64,000 nt of DNA, taken from Nymphaea colorata. Its lineage: Eukaryota. The first letter of the stretch is position 1. The number at the start of each line of letters is the position of its first letter. Below the pieces are notes generated by a model. It saw only the letters and a program-made list of their open reading frames with translations. It made no database searches and was not told the DNA's origin. The position numbers were made by a program, and so were the translations under genes. Below are positions 1-13,733 of this stretch, piece by piece. The stretch covers positions 1,736,001 through 1,800,000 of the forward strand of contig NC_045138.2 in NCBI RefSeq assembly GCF_008831285.2, written 5' to 3'.

Positions 1-166
1 TTTCACAAATATAATTGCTTTTACCTTTTTTTTTTGACAAAAAAATGTGTGGATCAAATTAGGTGTTGATGCAGTGCAAGTAATTGTTTTCCATGCATTT
101 GACATTCTTCCTTTCCATGTTGAATGATAACATTCAGAACTCCCGAGTGAGCGAGAGGCTACAAGG

Positions 167-362
167 CAGGGGTCTAGCTAAAAATTTTTTATGAAATGAG
201 TCAAATTAAAGTTTCTAAATTTTGATTAGGACCGAAATATCATTTTTCAAAATTTTTATATAAAACAAGTGAAATTTTTTAAAATTTATATGTCAATTTA
301 ATTTTTTTTTTGAGGTAGGGCCAAGGCCCATGTGGGTCCTACCTACCTTGGCTCCGTTCCTA
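167..362. mobile_element. MITE-like element (CAGGGGCGGAGC...GCTCCGCCCCTG family); relatives at ~11597-11715, ~16670-16838, ~40941-41150
   Basis: Degenerate CAGGGG...GGCTCCGTTCC ends and a shared internal AAAATTTTGATAGGACTGAAGTATCATTTTT-like block. Confidence 0.55.
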
Positions 363-990
363 CTCCATTCCATTGCCTCCGGGTCCTGGGCTGTGAACTG
401 TTTGTTAGGTAATATGTATAGATCCTCATAGAAAAAAAAAAGCTCAAATAAATTAGTTTAAAATCACTGTAAAACTAGTGCCGAGCATAAAAAACACAAA
501 TTATTTTTTGAATCTAGGGAATCAAACATGGATCCAGTTATTTATATATTTTTTTCTTTTGATTCTTGTGGGGCTTTTAGACTGCATTTGAATATTGGAT
601 CTAGTTAAAATGAAACACATCCAAATTACGAACGTTCGATCTGTTTTTCCTTATCCTCAACCTGACTTCGTTTCCGAATTTTTCCAATTACTTTCTCATA
701 TTTATTTTTTCTTTTTCCAATTACTTTCTCATATTTATTTTTTCTTTTTTCCTTCCTCCTCCATAAGAAACAGAGGGTAAAATCATAATTTAACAGTGTT
801 CAGAGAGATTGTATGTCATCTGAAAGGGAAGTGCTGGAACAAACATTTTTCAAAGGAATTGAACAATATGTTTCCATCCAAACACGCTCTCAAAGAAAAA
901 GAGGAAATTTCTTGGAAATCTGAACTGAGTTTCCACAGTCAAATTTATAATTCAAAGACGTTGTTAAGCAGTTCCTTTTCAAGAACGTCA

Positions 991-1091
<101 letters not shown>

Positions 1092-1222
1092 TTGAAAATA
1101 AAAACCATCAGTAAATGCCTTGAAAAACCATCACCAAACAAAAAAAAAACCACGGCTAATGCACTTTTTTGTAATGGTTTTTGATAACAAAAAATGAAAA
1201 AATTCCATTTAATAAGAGAAGA

Positions 1223-1262
<40 letters not shown>

Positions 1263-1949
1263 GACATCAATCATTAATAATTTTGATTAAGCAGCAAAAT
1301 TCCTTGTAAGTAAGGTAGGAATTAAATCGCATAAGATAGAGAATTAGAAACAATAAAGACGGCCGAATGGGGAAGGCGTTTGACAGCAAAACGGTCAAAG
1401 TCAAGGTCGTTCTTAGTCCAGTGGTGAAGTCCCGTTCATTTGGAAGGTTCCATCACTTCCGACTCCACCGCGTTTAGGGGCAACATGGTCATTTCGCAAA
1501 AAAATTGTCATTTTTATTTTAAAATTTTAAAATGTCCAGGGTCGCCAATCGCAAGACAGCTGGATCACGTGTTTGGCACGTGCAAAAGATTTGCATAGAC
1601 CCGCCGATATTTTCTTTATTTTTCGATAACCTGTTACTTTTTTTTTCCTTTCCAAAAAGTGAAAAGGGGAAGAGGAAGTGACCACGATGCCTTTACGATC
1701 GATTCTGCTGGACAAGACACCAGAAGCCTTGTCTTTCAATGAAGATAGGGAAAGGCCAGTGTTGTGAACATGGAACGGGTCACCAGTGGAAAATCGACTC
1801 GATTCATTTACAAGTTATTTAATATATATATATATATATAGAATTATTTTCCTTTTATTAATTTTTAAAACTGATTGGGTTGAATTGCTGAATCTGTCAA
1901 TTCTTAAAGTGGCAGCTCAAAATTCAATTTAATTTCAATTTTTTTCCCA

Positions 1950-3610
1950 TGTTTGGGAGTACTACTCTCCCGTTAAAATTCGGTTGCTTTTTGTTTCGAG
2001 GAGCATAGTGTAGCTGAACAGTAAAATGGTTCATACTTAAGGGTCTGAAGTTCGAATCTCATTGTCACCCTCATTGCAACTGGTGGCAATACGATAGAAT
2101 CTTACAGGCATAAGGGTACAACGTTGGAGGTTTTACATGGAATGCAGTTTTTCCTAAATAAACATTAAAAAAAATTATTGCTTCCAAACAAAAAAAAAAG
2201 AAGAAAACTTTGAACAAATAAAGCAAAAGTAGGTACCTTTATTATAAATATTTAGTTTTCAAGGGGTTGTTGTGAATTACTGTGTACATGTGAGCCAGCT
2301 GTATGGGAGTGGAACAATTCTGTCTACAAACTATGCATCTCAAAATTGTTTGATGAAAAAAAAAAATTTAATTTTCATGAATTGAATTTTTGAAACTGTC
2401 TGGATACAACAAGCTAAGTTTCTGGTTAGTGTGAGGAATATCTCTTTAGTATTGATTGGAGGCAATATCCTTTGGATACTTGTTTTGGATTTGGATCTTA
2501 GTCCATGATCCGCATTAGATTATAGTTTGCTTTTTTGCCTATTTAAATTATTGTGCAGGAACAGGAAGTCGCTTAGATGAGAGGTTGGCCATTAGATTTA
2601 AGAACAATATTTCATTATTTCTATTCATATCCTGTTTTCTAAAACAAGAATTAGAGTCAAATGTTTCCTATAACACAATGTTCTTCTTATTATATATCCT
2701 CTAAGATTACCACCTCTTCTTTGCAACACATGTTTGAAAAGTTAGTTGTTCTTATTTTAGGACTAGCTCCTATCACCACCATCTTCCGAAGCCGGAAAGC
2801 CGTAAATCCGGCGACTGCAGGGAGACGGCCGGCGGTGGTGTTAGACGCCTCTTATATTGGTAGTGAGGGTGGATCATTTTACGAAAGAAGACAAAAGAAT
2901 TGATGTTATTGAGTCGACACGCGTTCTTAAAGAGTTTGTATTTCGAAGCCGTTTAAACACAGGTTTAGCCAAAACTTAACCCCGAGCGAGTTATACGAAG
3001 CAGGGTTAATCTTGATCTGAATTTAGTTTGACGACTCCTTTGAGAGCACATACAAATGAGTATGAGTTGCCCTTCAATGATATCCTTTGCCTTATCTGAG
3101 GACTATTTTAGTCTCTTGAAAATACAATTAGAGTTTTATTTTCTTCAACTTAATCTCTACTATCTGATCTTATTAAAAACAATAGATTAAACAATAGCCC
3201 AAACTGAACCCCATTAAAGTTGCACTTAATTACTTACAATATGATCATGGGCAGAGCCAAGGGAGATCGGCGTGGGCCCTGGTCCAATCTCAATTTTTTT
3301 TTTTTTTTTATTTATCTGGTATTTCATGAATGTTGAGTTTTGCAGCTTATATAATGTTAGACATAGTTGGCAACTCTTCTTTCATTTTTTTTTGTTAATT
3401 GCTGCTAAATTTGATCACATATTGGTCACCCATTGCCACGAGTTAGAACCCATAAGAGTAACACACAAAACATGACGGTGACAAAGAGATTCGAACTTCA
3501 AACCCTTTAGTACGAGTCATCTTGCTGTCTGTTTAGCTACACCATAATCTTCGAGGCAAAAAGCAACAGCATTTTAAAAGAATTAGCGACACGAGTAGTA
3601 CTTCCGAGCA
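1950..3610. repeat. Pair of ~120-135 bp imperfect inverted repeats (1950-2070 and 3477-3610), possible TIR element
   Basis: GGGAGTACTACTC...GTGTAGCTGAACAG...GAAGTTCGAATCTC...TGTCACC versus GGTGACA...GAGATTCGAACTTC...CTGTTTAGCTACAC...GAGTAGTACTTCC. Confidence 0.65.
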
Positions 3611-3634
3611 GACTGTAAAAGAGTATAACACACG

Positions 3635-6600
3635 GAAGCCTTACAGCGATAATGAGATTCCAAACTCAAAGTTTTTTTTTGCGACCTACCTTACTACCCA
3701 GTTGCCCGACACTCCTTATGGCTGAAGTTTTATTTCTTTTATATTTGGAGACAGCATCAGCAATAGGCAATATATTTTTCCAGCCAAAATAAAGCATTTG
3801 ACATACTTAATTTGGAAATATCATTGATTTAAACTGAGGATATAGCTACAACATGCTTCCCAACCCAACCAGAGAGCAAAAATACGAGAAAATGGTTTTT
3901 TTTTGGACAGCATCGGCTAAGTTTGTGAGAACTGTGGTACATGGCTATACATATGTAGAAAGAGAGAGAGAGAGAGAGGGCAAAAGAAATTATTAATTTA
4001 AAACTATATGAAACAACGTAAGGTTATTTTTTGAAACAAAAAGATATTTCGAGAAAGCCAAGGGCACTCAATGACATGTTTAGAAAAGCAAGGTATTCTC
4101 GAAATCTTGAACTAGAAATGATTGGTATTTGGAAAATGATGATAATATCTCGATTCTTGGATTGAGAATGATCGGTGACTTATATTTTGATCTAAAAATA
4201 GATCTAGCTCTCAGATTTGGGGCTCGATCTAGATCAAAAGCTTTAAATGGATAAAAAACAATATATTTGGATTTGGATCGCAAATTTTGATCCAAAACTC
4301 ATATTTGGTTTTAAATCTTAGATTTAGATCTGGATTAAGGTATAAACCTGTAATTGGATCTAAATTTGGATCAAGATTTGGACTTGAATAAGGATATGGA
4401 TCCGACATTGGATCTTGGGTTTGGATCAGGTCTGAATTAATATAAAGGCACAAATTGGGATCGAATGAGTCAAGAGTTGACATTTGGATTAGGGTCTAGA
4501 TCTAATGTTTTTTTGTGGATCCAATTTTAGATTTTGGATTTGGATATGGATCTATTTTGTATGTGGTTTGAATCTAGGGATATATTTTGGATCTAGGGCT
4601 AATATTTGGATCTAGGGCTGGGCTTTGGATATAGATTTGAATATAGGACTGGGATTTGGATTTAGATTTGGATCTTAAGAATTGTTTTAGGCTTCTATTG
4701 AGTTTTTGAACTGGATCCTAGTTTGAGTTATAGAATAAGTCTAAATTGAGATTGGGCTTTGTGTCCATAGTCTGAAATAGGTCCAAATAAGTCTCAAATA
4801 TCATTCATAGTCAAATAAAAGAAGAAATTGATTATAGTTAAGAGAAATTGAAGTATTTGAAGCCGAAAATCCTTGAAGCTTGTTGTAAAGTTATGACAAA
4901 ATCTTTGAGAAAGTCTAAACACATAATCTTTGAAAAATTTGGAGTGATTACATGGTACCATGTCCTTTTAATTACTTGTTTAGGAAGGCTCCTTAACTGA
5001 TTCTCAGCCACTGCTTAAATAGATGTAAACCCCAAGAAGATAAAAAAAAACTTCCTCATTAAGTTTTTTTTATTGTCATTTTTTTTGTAATTTATTTTGC
5101 TCGGGCATTTCTTTCTTTCTATCAAGATTGTTTACATATACATCAAAATATGTATGTGATTTTTATTAATTAATAATAAGGCATTATGAGCCGAACTAGT
5201 AGTATTCCTCTTGCTCTTGTTTGACTTCTCCAATCTATTCTTGAGTTTGAGCAATGTTTCTCTATTCAAGTTCATGAGGAAGTGGCTCGTTGTCATTTGC
5301 AGTCCTTGCCCATGGTGGATCCTTCTTTTTGGCTTTTGACACATTGCCACAATTCTTTTTAGGTAAGCAAGAGGATTAATTCAATTTCCTGATTGAGAGC
5401 TGAACTCCCTTCCTCCCTGTTGCCTACAGGGTCCAGAGCTAGGTCGGTACTAAGTAGTGAAATCTTTATGTAATTCAAATTCTACATGGGACCCACCTCC
5501 TTATAGCGAAATCTTTATGTAATTCAACTTCTACATGGGACCCACCTCCTTATGATATAGGAACATAGCCTGCCGTGAGTTGACACATATGCATGTCGCA
5601 CATAACGTGTCCCACATAACATGCCCGAAGGTCGTCTATTTGAGCTATGCCCCTCGGAGCGACTGCCACATGTTTTTCCTCCAGTTGAGTTTACCAATAG
5701 AACAGGTTGCTCTTGCCATCCATTCATTCCTTGTCACAGCAGGATGAATGTTGCAGTTCTTTTGCTACTTGAGAACTCCAATCATAAAGGTATGTTGTTA
5801 ATTTCGATCATCAATGAAAAACCTTAAGAAAGCTCATGGTCATTATCTATGGAGTCTCCTGTCTTTAGCAAGGTCTCGTCTCATTTCTCTTGGGTTAAAA
5901 TTCCTACTAGAATCTTGCATCACTTGCCTTCCTAGGCCTTCCATCGACGAAAAAAATTCACACAAAAAGAAAGATGCTCTCCAAAAAAAGAAAAAATGTC
6001 GCTCTCATGTTAAAGCTTACATGAGGCAGCAAGAAGATTGTTTTTGTATATAGATTGAACTCCCATGAACTTACTAGCACTTTCTTGAAATCACATAAGA
6101 GCCGTTTGGTGAAGAGAACAGTAACAAAACTGTTTCATGAATCTGTTTTAGTTCCCACTATTCTCATTGCCTAACGACCCTTTAGGTACTCAAGTCAGCA
6201 TTGTAAAAATTGGTTCATGAAACAAATCGTGAATCTAATAATTCCATGAATTGGCCAACTCAGGTGAATCGATCAGTTATGAATAATGAACACTATTGAA
6301 AAATCATTTCAAAAAAGAAAAAGAGAAAAGTAGTAAAGACATGTAAACAAGAAATTTCTTAAAACACTCAACAAAGTAGCTAAAAGCTCACATTGCACTA
6401 TGTAATCCACCACTGAAACTGAATCCACAGACTCTGGCTGATTCTTGTGAACAACCATTTCAGATATAAATTAAGAGGGAAAAGTCACCACAAATATTTT
6501 GGCAGGCCATTATTATTCTCGCCATATGGAACTCACTTTCCCACCGTTGAAACTGCTTAAAGATAAAAACACACTTGCAAATGGATCACATGCATATGTG

Positions 6601-7200
6601 GCTCTCACTTTTAATGCTATTTTCCCAAAGGCATTTACCCAACAAAAAAGTTGAAGCAAAATGTGCAAAAGTAGTTGAATAGTTTTTTTTTTTTTTCCCT
6701 TGTTTAGACAAGACCCAACAAAACCAAAACTGTTGATTTTGAAATTGGTGTGGATCTGAACTATGTAGTGGATGTTTATGATTTTTAGTTCTTTTAAATT
6801 ACATAGTTTTCTGAAAATCTTTGTTTTTAAACTGGATGATCTCAGATATGATCGGGTGAGTAGAAGGATTAATCCCACCACCCAAGCGAGAAGCAAAGTC
6901 CACTTTTTTTGCCATGTCCCACAGAGTCTAAAATTGTGTCGACGTCAGGCATCGAGATCTCCATGTTTTTCAATTTGCACCTAAAACTCATTCCCTACGA
7001 GTTTTATTTACTACACTATTCTATATGTAAGCATTGGCAGATCAAAGAGGACACATACATAGTGACCTGAAAATAAGCAGGCATGTGTTGCCACATGTGC
7101 GTGCATGCACACAACACACACACACACAAAGTTATTTGACCGAGGAAATTAAGCAAATGCGAAAGAAACTTCCCAACACACACAACCTCCATGCTCTTTG
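3635..7200. repeat. Duplicated 3'-flank block of the gene unit (direct copies at 20454-22970 and 31778-33310; inverted at 46570-48830, 56145-57873 and 61427-62003)
   Basis: Colinear similarity visible by eye and in recurring ORF translations (MKNLRKAHAHYLWSL, LLKLKNRFEKSNKSKRNTTSSA, SSSLKTKIF). Confidence 0.9.
4180..4700. repeat. Degenerate (GGATCT/GGATTT)-type hexamer repeat tract; second copy at ~21090-21500
   Basis: Dense TTGGATCTAGATTTGGAT-like units. Confidence 0.75.
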
Positions 7201-7202
7201 GT

Positions 7203-9209
7203 TCATAGCTTTTCCCTTTCCTTGGCAACGTCCACATCGTGCTGCATCTTCTTCGTGTACATCTCCTTGAAGGAGACTGGCTTCTCGATCAATGGCTTCT
7301 CGCCGTCAGCTACCTTAAGTGGGAAGACAAGCGCATCCTCTGCCGGGCACTGCAACATGCCAATCGACAGACGGCTGGAATTCGAGTTCACCACCACTTG
7401 GTGCTCCACCGCAGCAAACCTCCCGTTGCTCAAGCACTAATATATCAAGAAGAAATATATGTGAAGCAATGGTATAAATAGAAATTCCAGTTTAAGGAGC
7501 ACTAGTTATATCTTTAGAGGACAAGCAATATATAAGCATCTAAATTATAAGTTGTTAACTTGTCAATATGCAATGTATGTGGGCATGTGTGGGCATCTAC
7601 CCACACAAGCTCATAATGTCAAGCTAGAATTGATGATGAGTGGACTATGGAAGTCAGAACCGGGCTATGGAAGTCAGAACCGGGCTCGACGCATTAAAGG
7701 CCGGGCTCACTCAACTTGAGCCTGATAACACAATTTCTCGACCCGGACCCGGCCCATACCGGGCCGGCCCAGTGGCGGCCCAGCCGACGCCAGGCCTAGT
7801 AGACATAACCCACCAGTTGAGTGAGAGGGAGAAACCCCCCTCTTTCCCCGATCTAATGCTTCAAGACTTGTGTGAACTTTGAGTTACATTTTGAAACTCA
7901 AAAATAACATCTGCCATTAAATGAGAATTCTAAACTCAAATCATTTTTTTCATTAGTAGACTCACTGTTCAGTTGTTCCCCCCTTCAAACCCTAAGGTTG
8001 CAATTGATAGCCTTGGATTTAGATGGATTTAAAATCCATGCTACCATGTTGAAAAACTGTATATGTAAGGTCGGATGGGTCTGGTTTGATCATAAATCCA
8101 TGGATCTAATCACCAAGGATCTGTATTCGGCTACGAAACAAGTAGGTTATGTCATTTCTCTGTCTCATGAGTCATAGCATGCATGCATCCGCAAAACAAA
8201 GGCCGGCGCATATGAGACTCATACCAGTGGCTGGCTGCCTGCAATATGCTTATGTTGTTAGATATTTACATTCAAAATCTTGCAAAGAAAACTGCCATAA
8301 TCCGCATATAAGCACGGTGAAATAAGATTCAGGATTAGTTTTGAGGCTTGTAAGATCAGCTTGGTTGGTTTTGAATTGGTGAGGAGGCATGGAGTCAGAG
8401 GGTTTTCATACGCGAGCATGTTCTCCAAGGTTGACGACAAAGGCACCGTCGATGGGCTTGACAGTGAGCCAAGTCTGGCCGCCGTCCCTTGTGATCTGCA
8501 GGCCGCCGACGTTGTCCTGATGGAGGATGAAGATGGTGCCAGGGTCAGTGTGACGCCTGAAACCGAGCGCCAGCTCTGGCACCTCGGATAGAAGTTCACC
8601 AGCACCTTTTGGTCCATCTCCAGGCAAGCTTCCTTGAAGGCGCCCTTCTCCAAGCCTAAGCTCTCTGACAAAACCTCCAGAATTCGCGATGCCAACTTCA
8701 TGTTTGCCTCGCAGTAGCGCTCCACCACCTCCCGCCACCCCTTCGGCTGCTCCGGCCACATGGCAGAGTCACGGGACTCCACCGGGTACGAGAAGAAGAC
8801 GAAGAACTCCCGCCAGTTCTCAATCTCCTCGCCGAACAAGTGGTTGCTGACTCCATAACCCCCGCGCTTGCCGGCGGTCATCTCGTACCAGAGCTTTTCC
8901 TCGGCAGCGAGTGGAGAGGTCGGCCATGGCAGAGACCAGCGTTGGGTCCACGCCGTGGTCGATCACCTGGAAGATGCCCCAATTTTCCAGGGCACCCACG
9001 ATGTTGCGGAAGAGGGCTGAGCGGCGGGTGGAGTCCGTGGAGTCGATGTCAGCAAAGGAGATGATGGGGATGTCATCGGAGAATGCATCGTGCGCGACCT
9101 TTGGCCGCTCCACTTCGTTGCGGATGAAGGCGCTGGGGATGGTCAACTCCTTGCTCATTGAAGGAAGAAAAGGCTTCAGTGCTTTGGCCTGCTCTAAGTT
9201 GGGAGCCAT
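7203..9209 (-). pseudogene. F3H-like pseudogene, copy A (exon 1 9209-8412, exon 2 7436-7203)
   Basis: ATG at 9209 and both splice sites intact. A 14-nt deletion near 8906 shifts the frame to TGA at 8822-8820; a further 7-nt deletion lies near 8578. Exon 2 is open. Confidence 0.88.
7645..7798. mobile_element. GC-rich hAT-type MITE remnant in the intron of copy A
   Basis: Inserted at GAGTGGAC^ATAAC relative to copy F. Contains CCGGGC/GGCCC motifs, ends CCAGGCCTA, and is flanked by GTGGAC/GTAGAC. Confidence 0.6.
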
Positions 9210-10757
9210 CCTCTGTCTCTCTACTGTCCTTGAGTCCAGAGATTCAATGGCGACGGTCTGCAAGCATAAGACTCTCTTCTGTTCTTCAGTTACTGAGTTT
9301 CAATGTCGACGATCTGCAATCCTGAAGACTTATAGTGCAGTTTGAATAACTGAAACGTCCGAAGTGAACCACTTAAGATCCTTAAGACTATCCGCCAACA
9401 GATCTGCTTACTCTCAAGCTGGCACTTCAAAATTAATTCATACTGTTTTCCCTTTTCCACTGATCAAATTGAATCGTTTGGCCAGAAGTTATCATATTAC
9501 TCCTTTAGCCTTTAATGAATTTCTAGAAATTATGCAGGCCAACCAAATGTTTGCCGGCCCTGAATATTATATAATAAATGTCAAGAACTATGTAATTAGT
9601 TAATGCCCATACAGTAAACCTCTGAGCAAATATGCTAGACTCGGATACAAAGAAATTATCGAGACCATAGGAAGATAATGTTGATAAAGAAGTTGAAATT
9701 CTGTCGCATATGGTGAGGAAATTTATCAAGCATATATATATATTTTGAGTTATGCAAGAAATTAGAGGCAAGGATTGAGCCAAGAAATCAAAGCTGGTAT
9801 AAGGTTATTGTCTATTTTTAAATAAAAACACTTAAAAATATTTTAAAATATTTAACTATTTCAATTTTAATACCAGTTTGGTGACCAAATGGACGAGACC
9901 ACGGAAAAAACTGATTACATAAATCGGTAGGGTTTTGGAGTGAAGGAAGTGGACAAAAAGTAAGCAATGAGGAAGCGACTTTATATCAATTCTGGCACCG
10001 AAAACAAAATAAACAAAAGGAATTTAATGTTGGGGGTTGAAACCGCACCTCCTCTTTTCTATGTGAGCACGTCAGTAGGAGGACTGAAGGGCACGCCAGA
10101 AAGCATTTATTAATAAATGTCAACAACCTTCTCTTCATTATTATCCTTGAAAACAAAAAAGCACACAACCTTCTCTCATACAAAGATTAAATGTTGATAT
10201 TTTTATTTCCCCCGAGAAGATAATCTGCTGTTCTAATCTTTAACATCTGTCAGGAATGCCGAGATTAAACCGGTGTTGGATTTGCATGAGAAACATTATC
10301 TTCTAAAGCTGCTAAGAAGTAAGAACCTGTGCTTTATTATGTAATCTAAGTCTTTAAAAATTACAAGTTCTTCGGTTTTGAATCAGATTTCACTTATGTG
10401 AACCCTTATGCCGGGAAGGGTCATTCAAGTGAAAGATCCAGTTGTATGCACAGGAGTATGCATACAACGAATGCACATTTTAAAAGAAAAAAAATAAAGG
10501 GGTTGGGACATTTTAGATTTTTTTTTATAAAAAATATGCATCTTAGATTTTTAACATTTTTGCAACTCCTTCTTTGTCCTTATAAAAATCTCAATTTTTT
10601 ACTTTGACATGAGCATTTTGGTCATTGCATATGATCGATACTGAAATCATTGAATCTTTTCATGCAGGTGTTTAACGTTTTTCTCAACATGCACTCTATA
10701 TAATGTATAGTAGTTACTTTTTCTCAACATGCACTGTGTATAATAATTTTTTTTTAA

Positions 10758-10800
<43 letters not shown>

Positions 10801-11760
10801 GGACCCATTTCAATCTACCGATCGAGTACACAGGCCAACGCAATTCCTTGTCATGTATTCAAATTAAGCAGCTTGTTCTATTATACACATCAAGCGAGCG
10901 ACTGCGACACCATATGACCAAAGTCACTCATGCTAATATTTATTCAAAGCTATCCTTGGGTTAGGTTGAATAGAAAAGCTTTGAATAAATATTACACAGT
11001 GAGGAAAAGTAAGTCAGGAAGACACCTTTTATTTCAGATACTTTGGGAGTTAATGGTGTAAGTTCTCATTTAGAATTCCCTCATGGCTCTAAGAGTGTAA
11101 GAACTCAGAAGTTCATAGAGTTTGCATTTGGAAGGTTAAGTCATCACAATGTAATTGTAAAAATTTCCAATGAAAATTTTGATGGGGGTGATGAGGGCAG
11201 CTAGTTACCCACAAACTTGGTTACATGGGCCATAATGGTGCACAAATTTTGAACTTTTTTTGTATAGACAAAAGATGAAAAAAAATAAAAAGACTAAAGA
11301 AGACATCTCTTTTTCAAAAATTACCAAAATACCTATTTCTCCTCTACGTCATACCATGCACAAGTTTCTCTTAGTTACCCAACCTGCCCCATGTATTGAC
11401 TCAGTGTGTATCTTGGCCCGCTGATTCAATAAGTGGAATATGTGGGATGCCAAAATGTACAAAATACCATGAAATTTTAAATGTGAAGCCCCCTTACATG
11501 GACAAAGATGAAATCACCTTTCTTCAAAAGAACTCAAAGTCCACCATTCGAACACTGACCATGATCTGACCATGATCTAATGCACAATTTTTTATGAGGG
11601 GGCCGAATTATGGTTTCAAAATTTTGATAGGAACGGAAGTATCATTTTTAAATTTTTTTTATATAAGATACATGAAAATTTATATGTAAATCAAAGGTGT
11701 GGGTCCCGCCCCAGGTTTAAAATGTTGAATAAATGATTCTCTCTCTCTCTCTCTCTCTCT

Positions 11761-12125
11761 CAAGTGCAGTTACTTCATTAACTATTTAAGCATACGTGGA
11801 TCAAAGAGGACACATATATAGTGACGGGAAGTTATGCACACATGTGTTGCCACATGTGCGTGCATGCGACAAACGGCTGGAATTTGAGTTTACCACCACT
11901 TGATGCTCCACTACAGCAAACCTCCAGTTGCTCAAGCACTAATATACCAAGAAAAAATATATTTGAAGCAATGGTAGAAATAGGGATTCCTGTTTAAGGA
12001 GCACTAATACTTCAAAATTTAAATTATATCTTTAAAGGAAAAGCAATATATAAGCAACTAAATTATAAGTTATTAATATATGAATACACAATTTATGTGG
12101 GCAACTACCCACACAAGCTCATAAT
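11761..12125 (-). pseudogene. Orphan F3H-like fragment B: 3' end of intron, first ~70 nt of exon 2 (11938-11867), fused to 3' flank
   Basis: Matches the intron/exon-2 junction of the other copies (TTAG|TGCTTGAGCAAC...), then jumps by deletion into downstream flank sequence. Confidence 0.8.
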
Positions 12126-13733
12126 GGGAAACGATAGTATGCACATCCGATATGCTCAGTACCATACGGATCAATGCTGTACTGCTTAATTGGGCTCAGA
12201 GTCGAGTCCCAAATTTGAATGTGCAGGACAGCAAACAGTATATATGTGAATGTTGACATCTAACACGAAATGGATGTTCATCAATAATTAGTTATAGTAG
12301 GATTCAGTTCGTACAATCCTATAGCAAAGCCCGATTTAAACACTAATTTAAGTTTGAATTTTCTCGTAAAATCTAACTCTTTGAAATATGTAGCAACATC
12401 TTTATTATATTTCAATCGTTCAAAACATCCCCAAGAAACAACGACGAACGAGGACATAAAGAAAAGATGACGAATCCAGTCATCAACTATAGATGCCATT
12501 AGCATACAGCACATCCTACCAACTGCTTTACTAATGATCGCATATAGAGATGGACTTTTAAAAGTAAAGGAAGATGCTAAGATAGTGCTCATTATTTTAG
12601 ACTTCAAGGTCACTCCTGCTGAGAACGTCTACGGCAGATTCATCAGGTCCAGAGGAAATGATGTTGAATCAACCGAACAACTTCATGGAACTCTACAATA
12701 TTTCTCACCTTAACCATGGATATGATACTGTGGAGTTCAAATTTGCATTCTGTAGTGCTTATTCTAACCACATGAACCATGCAGACAAGATTTTCATATC
12801 AATTGATACTTACAGTAACCATCCATCATGGTTCATTTTCACCTTTCACCCTACCAGCCACATGAAATCAATATCACAGTAACAGCAGCAGTTGGAAGTC
12901 CAGAAAAAATAAAAAATGAAAGACGGCACATAAACCTTTGCGAAATAAGTTGTTTGATAATTTTTAAGACAAGGTTATTGCTTTCTTCTGTTATATCATT
13001 CAGAGAGTCAAGTTAAAAGAAACTGAGTTTGGCATCAAAACACCTTAGGACAGAAGAAAAATATAGGGATCGAACATCTGCTAATTTCATACTGTGTAGC
13101 AACCTAGTGCAAACAATTGGTGTGCATGTAACCAGCTTCCCCTGATTTCACTATGAATATGTTTCCCTTGATTTCACCATGAATATGTGGGAGCTCTCCA
13201 TGTACGAATTAAACTTGAACTAATAGAAGTTATTTCCCTCATTCGAGAGAGGTTCTCCCTCACTCCTCGAGAGAGCTTCTCAAATCGCGTGGTGTTCTTG
13301 CGGGGTTGCATGGGAAAGGAAAAAAATTTAGAGACGGAAAGCGAGAAAAAAAAGAGAGAAGTAGCCGCTTTTTATGCAGGTGTTTAATTTGTCCTGCAGC
13401 GTCAGTGTAACATATTGACGCAGAAATAGTACTTTCCTGGAGAATATTGATCACTTATTCGAATGGTCTTCCATCAATCCTGATAGATTAAAAAAGAAAA
13501 ATCAATTAGCATTATATAACCAAAATACCCATCGCCTTTTTTTTTCTTGCTTTTCTTTCATTTGTTCATCGTGATGGATTTTACGGCTTTTGTTTTCAAA
13601 TATGTAAGTACAAACGGCCTTCAACATTAATCGTTGTTGAACGATGTGTTCAAAAATTATATATATGTATATATACTTAACTTATTTGTGATTACTGTCC
13701 AATTGTTTGAAAGAAAAATGAAGAAAAAAAAGG

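Noticed and set aside
1998..2070. Possible tRNA gene
   Set aside because: A/B-box-like motifs are present but no convincing acceptor or anticodon stems could be formed.
5132..6053. Recurring ORFs in the 3' flank (MKNLKKAH..., ...KSKRNTTSSAHNALL) as a second gene or hAT transposase
   Set aside because: Frames break differently among copies, no recognisable domain, and only a weak RRDLAK resemblance. Recurrence is explained by segmental duplication.
8406..9263. Copy A as functional through compensating deletions
   Set aside because: The shifted frame hits TGA at 8822-8820 before the frame is restored.
8911..9345. Long antisense and alternate-frame ORFs over the F3H-like exons (also 24294-25236, 34395-34809, 44512-45502)
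   Set aside because: Shadows of GC-rich coding sequence, repeated only because the gene is duplicated.
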